A stretch of 64,000 nucleotides of DNA from an uncultured Bacteroidales bacterium (GCA_964491395.1 CAZBGI010000002.1:51768-115767); one strand, 5' to 3'. Positions 1 to 9,816 are shown, counted from the first letter of the stretch. Translations and numbers: made by a program. Notes: generated by a model not told the origin, from the letters alone.

Positions 1-990
1 TGGGGCAAACTGGACGGTGTTGTTTTTTATGTGGAATCAGGTCATGATTATCGCATTATGGAGCATGTACTACCCTACATTGCGCCGTCTTACAAAATAG
101 TGGCCCGTAACAAAAAGATTGCAGATAAATTAACAGAGCAAGGAATAGAAACCTCTGTATGGCCAGCCTATCCCTCTTTTTTGATCATGGCCCGTCATGC
201 ATTTCACCGTTTCCCCGTCTCCTCCATCAAAAAAATAGGCATGCGACACGGACCCTATCACTTTAAGAGAATGATCGATGCCCGAAAATATAATGCTTTC
301 GATCTTTTCCTGTTTACATCCCAAACAGAAGTTTCCATTGCTGTTGAAAAAGGGATTCACTGCGGCATAGCAGGTGGATATCCCCGGCTGGATGCTCTTC
401 GTGCGGCCAATACGCCGGAGAAGCGCCATCAATTAAAAGTAAAAACCGGGTTTGATAACGACAAAAAAAATCTGCTTTTCACCGCCACCTGGGATAAATC
501 AGGCATGAGCGCTATTGACCTGTGGGTAAACAATCTGCAGGAGTTGACAAAAGAGTACAATGTAATGGTGAGCCTGCATCCGGGGATGGGACAACACTAT
601 ATTTCAACAGTTAAGCTCACGGAAGGTGTCCTGCTTGTGGATTCTGACGATCTGCCCGCCCATATGGTGTTGGCAGATTTTCTCATAAGTGATACCAGTT
701 CGGTGATTGCTGAGTTTTGTGCACTTAACAAACCCATTATCACATTCAGGGTGCCGGCTTCAGAACGCCTAACACCTGAGATACAGCAAATGATTGGTGA
801 TATATCACTGCAAATTACCGATATTGCGCAAGTGAAAGGGGCAGTGAATCAATACCTTGAACAACCGGATCTGAAAAGAAGCAACCGGGAAAAATGGAAC
901 AAAGTCATATTTGACGATCCCCATGTATCGCATGGGGCAAGAGCAGCAGAGATTATCAATGATTTTATTGCCAGGCACCAAAAGAAATAG
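1..990 (+). CDS. CDP-glycerol glycerophosphotransferase family protein (TagB/TagF-like), 5' end cut by the window edge
   Basis: The frame is open from base 1 (WGKLDGVVFY precedes the ORF-track GTG at 31), so the N-terminus lies outside the window. LLFTATWDKSG, VSLHPG and LISDTSSVIAEF..NKPII fit the YAPTWR / xHP / ITDYSS pattern of the Glyphos_transf C-terminal domain. Confidence 0.65.
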   Translation, partial: WGKLDGVVFYVESGHDYRIMEHVLPYIAPSYKIVARNKKIADKLTEQGIETSVWPAYPSFLIMARHAFHRFPVSSIKKIGMRHGPYHFKRMIDARKYNAFDLFLFTSQTEVSIAVEKGIHCGIAGGYPRLDALRAANTPEKRHQLKVKTGFDNDKKNLLFTATWDKSGMSAIDLWVNNLQELTKEYNVMVSLHPGMGQHYISTVKLTEGVLLVDSDDLPAHMVLADFLISDTSSVIAEFCALNKPIITFRVPASERLTPEIQQMIGDISLQITDIAQVKGAVNQYLEQPDLKRSNREKWNKVIFDDPHVSHGARAAEIINDFIARHQKK

Positions 991-996
991 ACCCTG

Positions 997-2589
997 CTAT
1001 CCATTGTTCGCACAAGACCTGTTCTCTATGCGGGGTAAGATTATTCCGAAATACAGGGTGAAAAAAGTAAAAAAGGTCTGGCTCGTTTGTGAATCAATGG
1101 GGTGATTGCCAATCATGGAAACCAGCATAATAACCAGAAAGATATTGAATGGCAGGTATTGGTAAGCCCGGGTTTTTTTGACATACATTACATACAGTGT
1201 ATATAATGCCACAGAACCCACTAAGCCCAGGGTTAACAGAAACAATAAGTATTGATTATGGGGTTTCATGCGATAGTTTTCCATCTGGGAATCAATTTTC
1301 TCCAACCCGTATTCCACAGCTATGAATAAATCGCCCGTACCCCATCCCAGCCATGGTTTTTCCCGGAATGCTACTACCGAAGCCCGCCAGAGCTCTATTC
1401 GCTGGGTAAGGGTATGGCCACTGGGATTTCCCGTTTCACGATACCAGTAAACTTCCCATACGCTTTGATGCATGCGAACAATCAGGCCAGGCCAGGCTGT
1501 ATAGTAATGATTGGGTACACTTCTCTCAATGGCTGCAATATCTTCCTCGTCAAGTTGCATTACTCCCTCATAATCTTTACGCAAACCCTTAGAGGAAAGG
1601 TATCGGTAAAGGGTAGCCTTTAGTTCATTGCCTACCAGGTCAGGTCCGTCAAAATCAAGTTCACTTCTTTGATTCCAGGCCTGGCGCGCTTCCTCTTCGG
1701 CCACAAAGGAGTAAACATAATGGCCGTTTTCCCGCATTTTGTTGGTTGTGGAATGTCGGTAAGGATTCCCCCTCTCCGTGAGTTCCTGCATGCTTTCCGG
1801 GCTGGGTTTTATCTCCATACTTACCTGCCGGAACATCCAAATAAGCGGTACAATGGAACCGATGGCAAGCGCAATAATCATTATTCCTACCATGATACGG
1901 GTTCGTAAAGCCGGAATCCTATAAATCTTTCGCAGCAACAAAAACGTAATCACCCCTCCCAGGCATAGAAGACCCGTTAATGAATGTAAAATAAAAAGGA
2001 ATACAACCATCCATATGGCAATGATGTAACTGGCCCAAATAAACTTTTTGTTTCCGGTAAGCCGCAAGGTAAGCCAGGGAAGCGTAAATGCAGCCATTAC
2101 CAGCATCATGCCCAGGTAAATGTGAGATACAAAGGGAGAAATATCACGGAAATTAAGGTAATTGCCGGTAATAAAAACATAGAAACCAAAAAAGGTTGTT
2201 ATCAGCAAGGAAGCAAAAAAGACGTAAAGGAGCAAATGCACTTTGTACGGTGAAAGCGGACGCGAGGAAACTACCAGGAAGGTGAGGGTAAGCATGGGGA
2301 GTTTATCTTTCAAATCAGAACCAATGCCATAACGCAAATCTTCCGACCACAACAAACCAATGACATGCAAAAGATAAAGCGATATGAAAATCAATGCCGG
2401 CTTGTTTTTCCAGAATCGCAGCGTTTTTTCTTTGTAATTGCCTTCCAGAAGCCAGTTGGCACCCAACAGAAGCTGAGTAAGACTCATCATAAAGCGCGAG
2501 GTGGGCATGGAAGCGGCTAACATACACAACAATACAAAGTAAATCCAATGGTGTACAGAAGGAGAAAATAAACTTTTATTCACAGGCAT
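997..2589 (-). CDS. O-antigen ligase / Wzy_C-family polytopic membrane protein
   Basis: 530 aa with many hydrophobic helices flanking a large hydrophilic loop. The C-terminal part carries MKPHNQYLLFLLTLGLVG (H-N-x-Y-L), typical of O-antigen ligase/polymerase-like proteins. ATG at 2589. Convergent with the TagF-like gene (6-bp spacer). Confidence 0.6.
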   Translation of the reverse strand: MPVNKSLFSPSVHHWIYFVLLCMLAASMPTSRFMMSLTQLLLGANWLLEGNYKEKTLRFWKNKPALIFISLYLLHVIGLLWSEDLRYGIGSDLKDKLPMLTLTFLVVSSRPLSPYKVHLLLYVFFASLLITTFFGFYVFITGNYLNFRDISPFVSHIYLGMMLVMAAFTLPWLTLRLTGNKKFIWASYIIAIWMVVFLFILHSLTGLLCLGGVITFLLLRKIYRIPALRTRIMVGIMIIALAIGSIVPLIWMFRQVSMEIKPSPESMQELTERGNPYRHSTTNKMRENGHYVYSFVAEEEARQAWNQRSELDFDGPDLVGNELKATLYRYLSSKGLRKDYEGVMQLDEEDIAAIERSVPNHYYTAWPGLIVRMHQSVWEVYWYRETGNPSGHTLTQRIELWRASVVAFREKPWLGWGTGDLFIAVEYGLEKIDSQMENYRMKPHNQYLLFLLTLGLVGSVALYTLYVMYVKKTRAYQYLPFNIFLVIMLVSMIGNHPIDSQTSQTFFTFFTLYFGIILPRIENRSCANNG

Positions 2590-2894
2590 ATATTAAGAAT
2601 GTTATTGGGACGAACAAAAACATGTAACGTCAATAAAAGATTGTAAATATACTAAGATAACTGTATGACAGGCACTATTTCAAAATGATTGTTGCCCGGT
2701 TATTGTTCCGTTCCTGTCGAAGTCATCTGGGGTATTATCCCATCCTGCTATAAACGTTTCATTTCTACGTGATTATTTTTCCCGGCGACATCCATTTAAA
2801 ACTCCGTCATGTGAAATGTTTATAGCCCAATAGGTAAAGTGGACAGCATACTATAACCTTTTCAGGTAAACGAAAGATGTTTATGATTATTCTG

Positions 2895-2902
2895 TATTTT
2901 TG
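2895..2902 (+). promoter_or_regulatory. Bacteroidota-type -7 box (TAnnTTTG)
   Basis: TATTTTTG, 119 nt upstream of the GNAT start. The distance is rather long. Confidence 0.3.
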
Positions 2903-3020
2903 TGGCAGTGAAAAATTTGGTGGGAAGTGTTGCAGAGGATATCCTCATCTGCGGAGCTATGAAACCCCGAAAAAGCAAATCAGCATGCACACATTCACGT
3001 GCTGAAGGAGTGTAAAAGAT

Positions 3021-4097
3021 ATGGAAAGTGAGAATACAGCCCGAAAAAACCTTAGGATAATTCGATTCGTGCCGGAATATAAAAGCCGGTTAATGGATTT
3101 ACTGGCATACAAATGGCGTGGCAAAGACAGATTGCAAATTGCAGATAAATTTACATGGCGCTATGAAGCCAATCCTCATGCATCTCACCCTCATGTTTAC
3201 CTGGCCGAAGACCAGGGGATGCCGGCTGGTTTCAGGGCATTCATCCCCCAAAATTTCACCCTCGGAAAGAAACCCTGCAAAGTTTTTATTCCTGCCGATG
3301 CCATTGTGCATCCATCTTACCGCCGGCAGGGAATTTTTTCGAAATTGAACACAGCGATGCTTTCTGCGGTTCACAAAGAGTATCCGGATAATGCTTTTAT
3401 TCTGAATCTCACATCCAACAAAATGAGCCGACCCGGCAATCTGAAGCAGGGGTGGCAGCTTGCCCGCGGCCAGCGAAGATTTCATTACAAGGTTTCCTGG
3501 ATGAATTATCTGAAATCTTTCCTGGCAAATCGCAGCAACCGTTTCCGGGGAAATACAATGTTTGTTGAAGAAGATGCCTGGCAATATGAAATAAGCCCGA
3601 CCAATTGTGCCCAGGAACTTGCTGCATTGCGTGAAAAAATGAGACCTGAAAATATCATAGCAGGCATCAGGGATGAAAAATTCTATACCTGGAGATATTC
3701 AGCACCGGGAGCAAAGTATGTGTTTTTGTATCTGCGTGAAAATAAAGAATTGAAAGCTTTTTTCATCCTGCGCAAGGTGAAGTCAGCCCGATACGTACTG
3801 GAAGAGTACTATGCTCCGGATGTACGGACGATGAAAAAACTTATCGCCCAAAGCATGAAATATCTTACCATTTCTGAATTGAAAACGGCTTCTTTTTCTG
3901 ACAGCCAAATGGAAATGTTTCTACAATCAGGCTTTTCTCTCTATTCCAGATTCTGGCACCGGATTCATAAAAAAAAAATTATGCCTGTTTTGGTTAGGCC
4001 TTCCCATCCCGAACCCCGGGAAAATCATTTTTTCGTTCTTGAGAAGGATGTAAGGGATATGGAAAACTGGCAACTTTACCAGGCGGATGCCTATTAA
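3021..4097 (+). CDS. GNAT-family N-acetyltransferase-like protein
   Basis: HPSYRRQGIFSKLNTAM matches the acetyl-CoA-binding Q/R-x-x-G-x-G/A segment of GNAT enzymes. 358 aa, ATG start. The 3' end overlaps the next ORF by 11 nt. Confidence 0.5.
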   Translation: MESENTARKNLRIIRFVPEYKSRLMDLLAYKWRGKDRLQIADKFTWRYEANPHASHPHVYLAEDQGMPAGFRAFIPQNFTLGKKPCKVFIPADAIVHPSYRRQGIFSKLNTAMLSAVHKEYPDNAFILNLTSNKMSRPGNLKQGWQLARGQRRFHYKVSWMNYLKSFLANRSNRFRGNTMFVEEDAWQYEISPTNCAQELAALREKMRPENIIAGIRDEKFYTWRYSAPGAKYVFLYLRENKELKAFFILRKVKSARYVLEEYYAPDVRTMKKLIAQSMKYLTISELKTASFSDSQMEMFLQSGFSLYSRFWHRIHKKKIMPVLVRPSHPEPRENHFFVLEKDVRDMENWQLYQADAY

Positions 4098-5061
4098 TTT
4101 CAACAGTAAACGATATAGTATGCTGCAATTCAATGTTTATGAAAAACTGAAACATGCCCTGTCTGCAGGAAGTATAAAAAACATTGCAGGTGTGGATGAG
4201 ACGATACTCCCGTATAAAGCAGAATTTCTGGCCGATCCGTTTATTTTTTATTACAACAAATCGTATCATATTTTTTGCGAGGTTTATGTAAGAAAAGGTG
4301 ACAAGCGCATAGCCCATTTGAAAAGTGATAGCCGGCTTCAGCACTGGCATTGGGTTGCCGATGTTATTACCGGGTTGGATCTTTCCTTTCCGGCTGTTTA
4401 CGAAATCACTACGGCCCAGGCATCAGAGGTGATGATTATCCCCCAGATAAGTAAGACCTTCAAATTAATAGCTTACCGATATCAACTGGAGAACGAAACT
4501 GCATTGCCCGCAGAAATTGCCTGGGAAATAGATTTGCCCGTATTTACAAACGATCAAATCATTGTCCAACACCCCGAAACCAGGAAAAATTATTTGGTTT
4601 ACAGTTCGCGCGATCACGCCTGGATAGGTAAAAAAGCCGGGCTTTTTGCGGCCGAAATTGAACATCCTTTTGATGTTGCAGGGAAACCTATCGTGCATAA
4701 ACCCAGAAAAATTACCGGCAAAAATGTCCGGACCATCATTCAAAAACTATTCAATCAACCCCGTTTGTCTTTTCGACCTGCCGGGAGTATTCTTCAGGTT
4801 AGCGATGAAACTTTTACCATCCCCATTCAGGTTAAAAAAAGTGGCAAATATGGTGAATTGCTGGCTTTTGTGTTTGTCAAATGGGAAAATTTCCAGGTAC
4901 AAAATGTTGAGTTTTTCGAACCTGAAAATTTACTCTCTAATGCCGAAAGAATGCACCATTTGTCCTGGACAAGCAATGAAGAGGGCGGGCTTGTTTTTTG
5001 CTATGATTTTATTCAAAGTGGCGGAGGCGAAAGATGGGAACTGCAGGTTTTTACCCTGTAA
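4087..5061 (+). CDS. hypothetical protein, function unknown (possibly related to the GINT1-N / beta-propeller-like proteins found in glycan loci)
   Basis: 324-aa ORF with balanced, protein-like composition. The 11-nt overlap with the GNAT gene suggests translational coupling. The only recognisable element is an N-terminal LADPFIFYYNKSYHIFCEVY segment, which recalls the ADPF..F.E motif of the glucosamine-inositolphosphorylceramide-transferase N-domain family. That is a weak assignment from memory. Confidence 0.4.
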   Translation: MPINFNSKRYSMLQFNVYEKLKHALSAGSIKNIAGVDETILPYKAEFLADPFIFYYNKSYHIFCEVYVRKGDKRIAHLKSDSRLQHWHWVADVITGLDLSFPAVYEITTAQASEVMIIPQISKTFKLIAYRYQLENETALPAEIAWEIDLPVFTNDQIIVQHPETRKNYLVYSSRDHAWIGKKAGLFAAEIEHPFDVAGKPIVHKPRKITGKNVRTIIQKLFNQPRLSFRPAGSILQVSDETFTIPIQVKKSGKYGELLAFVFVKWENFQVQNVEFFEPENLLSNAERMHHLSWTSNEEGGLVFCYDFIQSGGGERWELQVFTL

Positions 5062-5474
5062 CAAAAACTCAGTTATTGCATTACCTGTAATTACTTATTA
5101 TTTGTATTTTTGAAACAATTATTTTTTCAGAAAACAATTCACAGAACACACTGAATGGTAGAACATGCATGAATCATTATTTTCATTTCCTGTTGAGTGC
5201 GCTGTGCTTAAATACATTTCATTTGATATCTTCATGCATTAACAATTACGAAAAACAGAAGACATTCCAGAGACCAAAGCTCTTATTGGATTTTTTTAAA
5301 AGTAAAACCGCAGTGTCCATTTTAATATCAATATCCCGCAGGGGCTTTGTTTAGTTGTTTGCCAATATTTCTAACAAGCCTGAAGCAAAACTGCAGCGCA
5401 GCGATAATATCAGCACTTTGCATTAATTCAAATTTGCCGGACAATACTGCAAGTAAAACTAAATACATTTCATA

Positions 5475-6302
5475 GTGCACTTTAGCAACAGTAGATGGAA
5501 ACACCTCCTGCGTTCAGTCTTGTATAAAAGTATTCCTCCCGTTTTATACTTGAAGCTGATGCCCGCTTACCTGAGGTTGAGTAAGAAAAGAAGAGATTGT
5601 ACCTATCGCTTTAAAGCTGAGGAGAATGGGAGGATCATTCTCTTTGACGACACCACACGTTTTTGTTTTATGGGCTATCGCCGGCTCAACAGATATTTTT
5701 ATCCCGGGGGGGTGGAACGCCGAATAAAAGCGTTGGAGAGAAAATATAGTATTGAGGATTGCAGGGTGGAAGAAGGAGATATTGTGGTGGAAATAGGAGC
5801 CAATGTAGGAGAGTTTACCCTCGCGGCTGCGCGCTATGCTTCCGCGGTTTTTTCTTTTGAGCCGGACCCCAACTGCTTTATTTGTTTGAAAGAAAATACC
5901 CGCAAAATGGAGAATGTTGAGGTGATACCCAAAGCAGCCTCCGACAGGAATAGCCGTCAGGAATTTTATATATCCAGCGAAGATGCCGACTCTTCGCTTA
6001 TTCAACCTAAAATTTATGCTGAAAAAATTGTGATTGAAACCATCAGGTTGGATTCATGGATGAAAACCAAAGAATTTCCAACAATAGATTTCCTGAAAAT
6101 TGAGGCCGAAGGAGCTGAAATGGAGGTATTGGAAGGGTTGGGGAGCCAAATAAAAAATACAAAGAAAGTGTCAGTTGATGGGGGGCGCGAAAGGTATGGT
6201 GAAGCGACCGCGGATGAAGTAAATCAATTCCTTCGGTTGCATGGATTCCAGACCCGGCTGAAAGGTTACCATGTTTATGGCTGGAAAAATAAAGAAGCGT
6301 AA
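5475..6302 (+). CDS. FkbM-family SAM-dependent methyltransferase
   Basis: VVEIGANVGEFTLAAARYA (SAM-binding loop) and IDFLKIEAEGAEMEVLEG (the K-I-D/E-x-E-G-x-E signature of Methyltransf_21/FkbM). The GTG start at 5475 is uncertain; in-frame ATGs lie downstream. Confidence 0.7.
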   Translation: MHFSNSRWKHLLRSVLYKSIPPVLYLKLMPAYLRLSKKRRDCTYRFKAEENGRIILFDDTTRFCFMGYRRLNRYFYPGGVERRIKALERKYSIEDCRVEEGDIVVEIGANVGEFTLAAARYASAVFSFEPDPNCFICLKENTRKMENVEVIPKAASDRNSRQEFYISSEDADSSLIQPKIYAEKIVIETIRLDSWMKTKEFPTIDFLKIEAEGAEMEVLEGLGSQIKNTKKVSVDGGRERYGEATADEVNQFLRLHGFQTRLKGYHVYGWKNKEA

Positions 6303-6397
6303 TTACAGCAAAAGCTGGTTGTAGGGATTTATTGGCATCCTTTACTCATCGTATTTTGCTGTTAACACAACTTACACTCAAAAGCTAATTCTTAATA

Positions 6398-7333
6398 ATG
6401 AAGCAATCCGTTTATCAAAAGTATTGGTCTGTATTTCTTACACGACTGTTATACTTGTTTTCATTTTTACCCCTGTGGTTTCTTTACGGAGTAGCGTACC
6501 TGTTTGCTTTTTTAATTTACAGGGTTTTCCGTTACCGGGTAAATGTAGTTCGTAAAAACCTGCGCAATGCTTTTCCGGAGAAATCCCCCCGGGAGCGCCT
6601 TATCATAGAGCGGAAATTTTACTACCACTTTGCGGATGTGATGATGGAGGTGTTAAAACTAAAAACCATATCACCTGACCACCTTAAGCGACGTTGTGTT
6701 TACAGCCAATCATCACAGGATCTCTTCAGCCAATACTATCAACAGAATAAGAGCATCCTTATTGTACTCGCTCACACAGGCAACTGGGAATGGGCAGGTG
6801 CCTCTTTTCCTTTGTATAACAGACACCAGATAATTACTGCCTACAGACCTTTGCGCGATAAAGTAGTCGACAAAGACACTTTGAAAATGCGCCAAAGGAC
6901 AGGAAATATCCTGGCAAGTATGAAAAACCTTGTCCGGGAGATGTTCAGGCACCAAAACGAGGTGATTGCCACAGCCCTCATAGGAGATCAAACCCCTGCG
7001 CCCGATAATGCTTACTGGGTGCAATTTTTGCACCAGGAAACGCCTTTTTTCAAGGGGACAGAAGTGCTGGCCCGGAAATTCAATTTGCCGGTTTTCTGGG
7101 GTTCAGTGAAGAAAGTGAAAAGAGGGCACTATTATGTACATTTCGAGTTGATTGCCGGGAACCCCCGGGAATTTACCGTTGAGGGAAGTCTTACCTGTTT
7201 GCATGCTTCTTATCTTCAGAGAGATATCTTGAATCAACCTGAGAGCTGGCTATGGTCGCACAGAAGATGGAAACACCAGCGACCTGCAGGCGCAAAGCTG
7301 ACAGGTGTCACACAGGCAATAGCTGAAGTTTAA
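6398..7333 (+). CDS. lysophospholipid / lipid A secondary acyltransferase family protein (LpxL/HtrB-like)
   Basis: N-terminal TM helix followed by VLAHTGNWEWAG, the H-x-G-N-W-E motif of PF03279 lauroyl/myristoyl acyltransferases. 311 aa, the usual size. Confidence 0.7.
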   Translation: MKQSVYQKYWSVFLTRLLYLFSFLPLWFLYGVAYLFAFLIYRVFRYRVNVVRKNLRNAFPEKSPRERLIIERKFYYHFADVMMEVLKLKTISPDHLKRRCVYSQSSQDLFSQYYQQNKSILIVLAHTGNWEWAGASFPLYNRHQIITAYRPLRDKVVDKDTLKMRQRTGNILASMKNLVREMFRHQNEVIATALIGDQTPAPDNAYWVQFLHQETPFFKGTEVLARKFNLPVFWGSVKKVKRGHYYVHFELIAGNPREFTVEGSLTCLHASYLQRDILNQPESWLWSHRRWKHQRPAGAKLTGVTQAIAEV

Positions 7334-8442
7334 CGGCTGATTTTAAACCGATCTCCTATACCCAGGGAAGTAATACGTCCGTTTTCATCCCTCTCTTTAT
7401 CTATTGTAAGCGAGGTTCCTGTAATCTGGCTGATACCGGCTAGTCCAATGCCTGCAATATCCCACAATCCGAAGTTGCGGTTGGTAATGCTGGTTTCCAC
7501 GCTTTTTATATCAATGCCTGTGCTTCTTTCAATCCCACTATAGGCCAAATCCGTTAAGGAAGAGTAACGCGGATTTTTTGTTACCTGTGGCGTGGTCATT
7601 TCCTCTTCTTCCGAAACATCCATGTTTCCTGCATAGCTAAACCAGTAGAAATCATCCTTCAGGGCTATCTCTTGGATTGGTTGTTTTGGAGTTGCCAGTT
7701 GCACCTGCGCTTTGGGTGTAATGACAGCCAGCTGATTTGCATGGTGGTGTAAAAGCTGGCGGGGGACAGCAACCTGGGAAGGTTCATTGACAGCCGGAGT
7801 ACTTTTTTCCGGTTGGGGCACCGGTAAGCTTGCCGTCAATACAGGCATTTCCTCTGTCGTGGATTCTAAACCTGACGTTTCATCGGTTTGAAGCAGGGTG
7901 GGAGCCTCCTTTTTCTGAGCAAGTTGTTGCACGTTTTGCGAACGGGGAAGCAGGAAGTAAAGCGCTGCCATGAAGGCTAAGAATGCTGCGGCTACAGCCA
8001 TTCTGCGCCACACCAGGGTTTGACCTCCCAAAGCATGTCTTTTCAGTGTCTGTTTGGCAGGGAAAACAAGGGAAGTATCCGCTTCCAGATGGGTTGAGCC
8101 ATATAAGGCAAAGGTTTTCCGTATTTCAGGATTCTCCGCTACCGCTTTGAGTACCCGCTTTTTCTCAGCATCTTCCAAATCTCCTTCGTGGTAAGCAATA
8201 AGCAGGGTTTCGTCAATGTCGGAATTTGCGCCTGCGCTAATGCTTTTTTTAAGAACATTTCGGTCGAAGGGCAATGGGGTAGAATCTTCTTCGAGCATGA
8301 CCATCTCAAAAGCTTCAAATTCTTCTTTTAAAGCGGGGTTCTTCGCGAGAAATTCCATGAGCTCAGCTATCTGGCGGTCTGCCAGATTTCCCTCATGGTA
8401 GTCGAGGAAGTAAGCTTCGTAATTTTCTCTTGTGATGTTCAT
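7330..8442 (-). CDS. putative anti-sigma factor / single-pass membrane protein
   Basis: Lies immediately downstream of the ECF sigma gene on the same strand. Cytoplasmic N-domain, one TM helix (WRRMAVAAAFLAFMAALYFLLP), then a low-complexity P/Q/T-rich extracytoplasmic part. No catalytic motifs. The call rests on position and topology only. Confidence 0.45.
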   Translation of the reverse strand: MNITRENYEAYFLDYHEGNLADRQIAELMEFLAKNPALKEEFEAFEMVMLEEDSTPLPFDRNVLKKSISAGANSDIDETLLIAYHEGDLEDAEKKRVLKAVAENPEIRKTFALYGSTHLEADTSLVFPAKQTLKRHALGGQTLVWRRMAVAAAFLAFMAALYFLLPRSQNVQQLAQKKEAPTLLQTDETSGLESTTEEMPVLTASLPVPQPEKSTPAVNEPSQVAVPRQLLHHHANQLAVITPKAQVQLATPKQPIQEIALKDDFYWFSYAGNMDVSEEEEMTTPQVTKNPRYSSLTDLAYSGIERSTGIDIKSVETSITNRNFGLWDIAGIGLAGISQITGTSLTIDKERDENGRITSLGIGDRFKISR

Positions 8443-8554
8443 TGTTGTAAGTTTGTTGGTTAGGTTGATTTCGTGCTATGGAGTAAATGGTGCATTGTGT
8501 TAGTTATAAGTATAAGTTGGCAAAATATTTTTTGTTTTTCATGGTACCCGGACT

Positions 8555-9040
8555 TTACAATACTGCATCAAGTTTGCCGATATAGTTTTTCAGGAAAGTA
8601 CGCGCCCTGTAGATATATACTTTTACCTGAGATTCATTCAGATGGGTTATTTCTCCAATTTCCTGATAGGAGTATCCTTCATAATCGCGCAGCATGATTA
8701 CATGTCGTTGTATCTCAGGAAGTTTGGCAACTGCTTCGTTAAGGATTTCTTTCAGGTCGCTGTATTTATTCTCTACATGGTGTTTGTTAAAGGCTTCCTC
8801 ATTGAGTTCGGTCTGTTTTTTATCTTTCCGGATAACATCGATCATGGTATGATAAGCAGTGGTGAAGAGGTAGGATTTGGCTTTGGTAAAAGCTATCTCG
8901 TCTGCCCGTGTCCACATTTTTTCAAAACTGTCCTGTACGATGTCCTGTGCCTTATCCTCGTCTTTGATGTTTTTAAGGATAAAGCGGTAAACGCCGTCGG
9001 CATGTTCATCTACACACTGATTGTATTCCTTTGCCGTCAT
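8555..9040 (-). CDS. ECF-type RNA polymerase sigma-70 family factor
   Basis: 161 aa. Region 2 (DIVQDSFEKMW..YLFTTAYHTMIDVIRK) and region 4 HTH (MLRDYEGYSYQEIGEITHLNESQVKVYIYRARTFLK). Confidence 0.8.
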   Translation of the reverse strand: MTAKEYNQCVDEHADGVYRFILKNIKDEDKAQDIVQDSFEKMWTRADEIAFTKAKSYLFTTAYHTMIDVIRKDKKQTELNEEAFNKHHVENKYSDLKEILNEAVAKLPEIQRHVIMLRDYEGYSYQEIGEITHLNESQVKVYIYRARTFLKNYIGKLDAVL

Positions 9041-9169
9041 CGATAGTAAGCTGCTGTTTTGTTGCTGTTTATGAATGTGACGAAATGAGGTGCCGGAATG
9101 TTACAGGGGGAGAAATAATATTTTTCAAAAAAAAAACACATCAGGGCGTCAGCACTGATTAAACAGAGA

Positions 9170-9760
9170 TTATCGGGTCCATTCGAGGGTCTCCACCATA
9201 TGCATGATATCTTCCCGGATAAAATCAATAACGGGAGCGAGGGAATCGTTGTTGGGAGTGACCCCAAAATACAATGAGCCGCGTAAGAAATGACGGGTGC
9301 TGTCGGTGACATGAAACTGCACAGGTGACGCGGCCTCTTTTCCTTTTATTTCAAAGAGTATACCGTAAACCTCATGCTCTTCGTTGGTATATGTCTTTTC
9401 ATTGAAGGCACTGGCTTTGGGGATGTGCCTGTTGATAAAGCCACGGCTGTCTTCAATATATTCATAAAGGGCTTCTTCATCGTCTACAGACTTATAGCTC
9501 AGGTGTATAACGGCTTTAAAATCGGGGTAATACACATCTGCCCACCAGGGCTCGGCGTTGGGCCTGCTGTCTGGCAATACTTCTGCATAATCGGGGTAGC
9601 TGAAGCGATAGGGAAAAATGGTGTCAAAATCCTGGTATGATTTCTCAGGCAGGTCAATCCGGAAATAAGCCCGGGGCAGGGGAGTGGGATTTCTTTCGCA
9701 AGCAACAAAAAGCCCTATGGAAAGAATTATTAGGAGGAATATGAAATGGCTACGTGTCAT
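9170..9760 (-). CDS. gldD: gliding motility lipoprotein GldD
   Basis: Lipoprotein signal with lipobox (LFVAC), followed by PLPRAYFRIDLPEKSY, which resembles the GldD N-terminus. About 190 aa, directly downstream of gldE as in Flavobacterium johnsoniae. Confidence 0.65.
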   Translation of the reverse strand: MTRSHFIFLLIILSIGLFVACERNPTPLPRAYFRIDLPEKSYQDFDTIFPYRFSYPDYAEVLPDSRPNAEPWWADVYYPDFKAVIHLSYKSVDDEEALYEYIEDSRGFINRHIPKASAFNEKTYTNEEHEVYGILFEIKGKEAASPVQFHVTDSTRHFLRGSLYFGVTPNNDSLAPVIDFIREDIMHMVETLEWTR

Positions 9761-9816
9761 GATGGGGTTTCGTTTGGTAAAAATAAGACGCTGAATTTGC
9801 CGATATATTGTGATGG

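Noticed and set aside
4646-5113. 155-aa same-strand ORF in an alternative frame overlapping the 3' half of the 324-aa hypothetical gene, which could indicate a frameshift
   Set aside because: The main frame stays open and protein-like to its stop at 5061. The alternative frame is L/K/C-rich and implausible. There is no evidence of a frameshift.
5169-5354. Small ORFs lying in intergenic regions (5169-5354, 30552-30743, 51909-52094, 55667-55867, 55883-56140)
   Set aside because: They are 60-85 codons in AT-rich promoter regions, with odd composition and no upstream signals. They are most simply chance ORFs.
9127-9136. A10 run (T10 on the minus strand) about 90 nt upstream of the ECF sigma gene, considered as a phase-variable tract
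   Set aside because: A/T runs of this length are common in AT-rich Bacteroidota promoters (UP-like elements). No consensus -7 box could be aligned with it.
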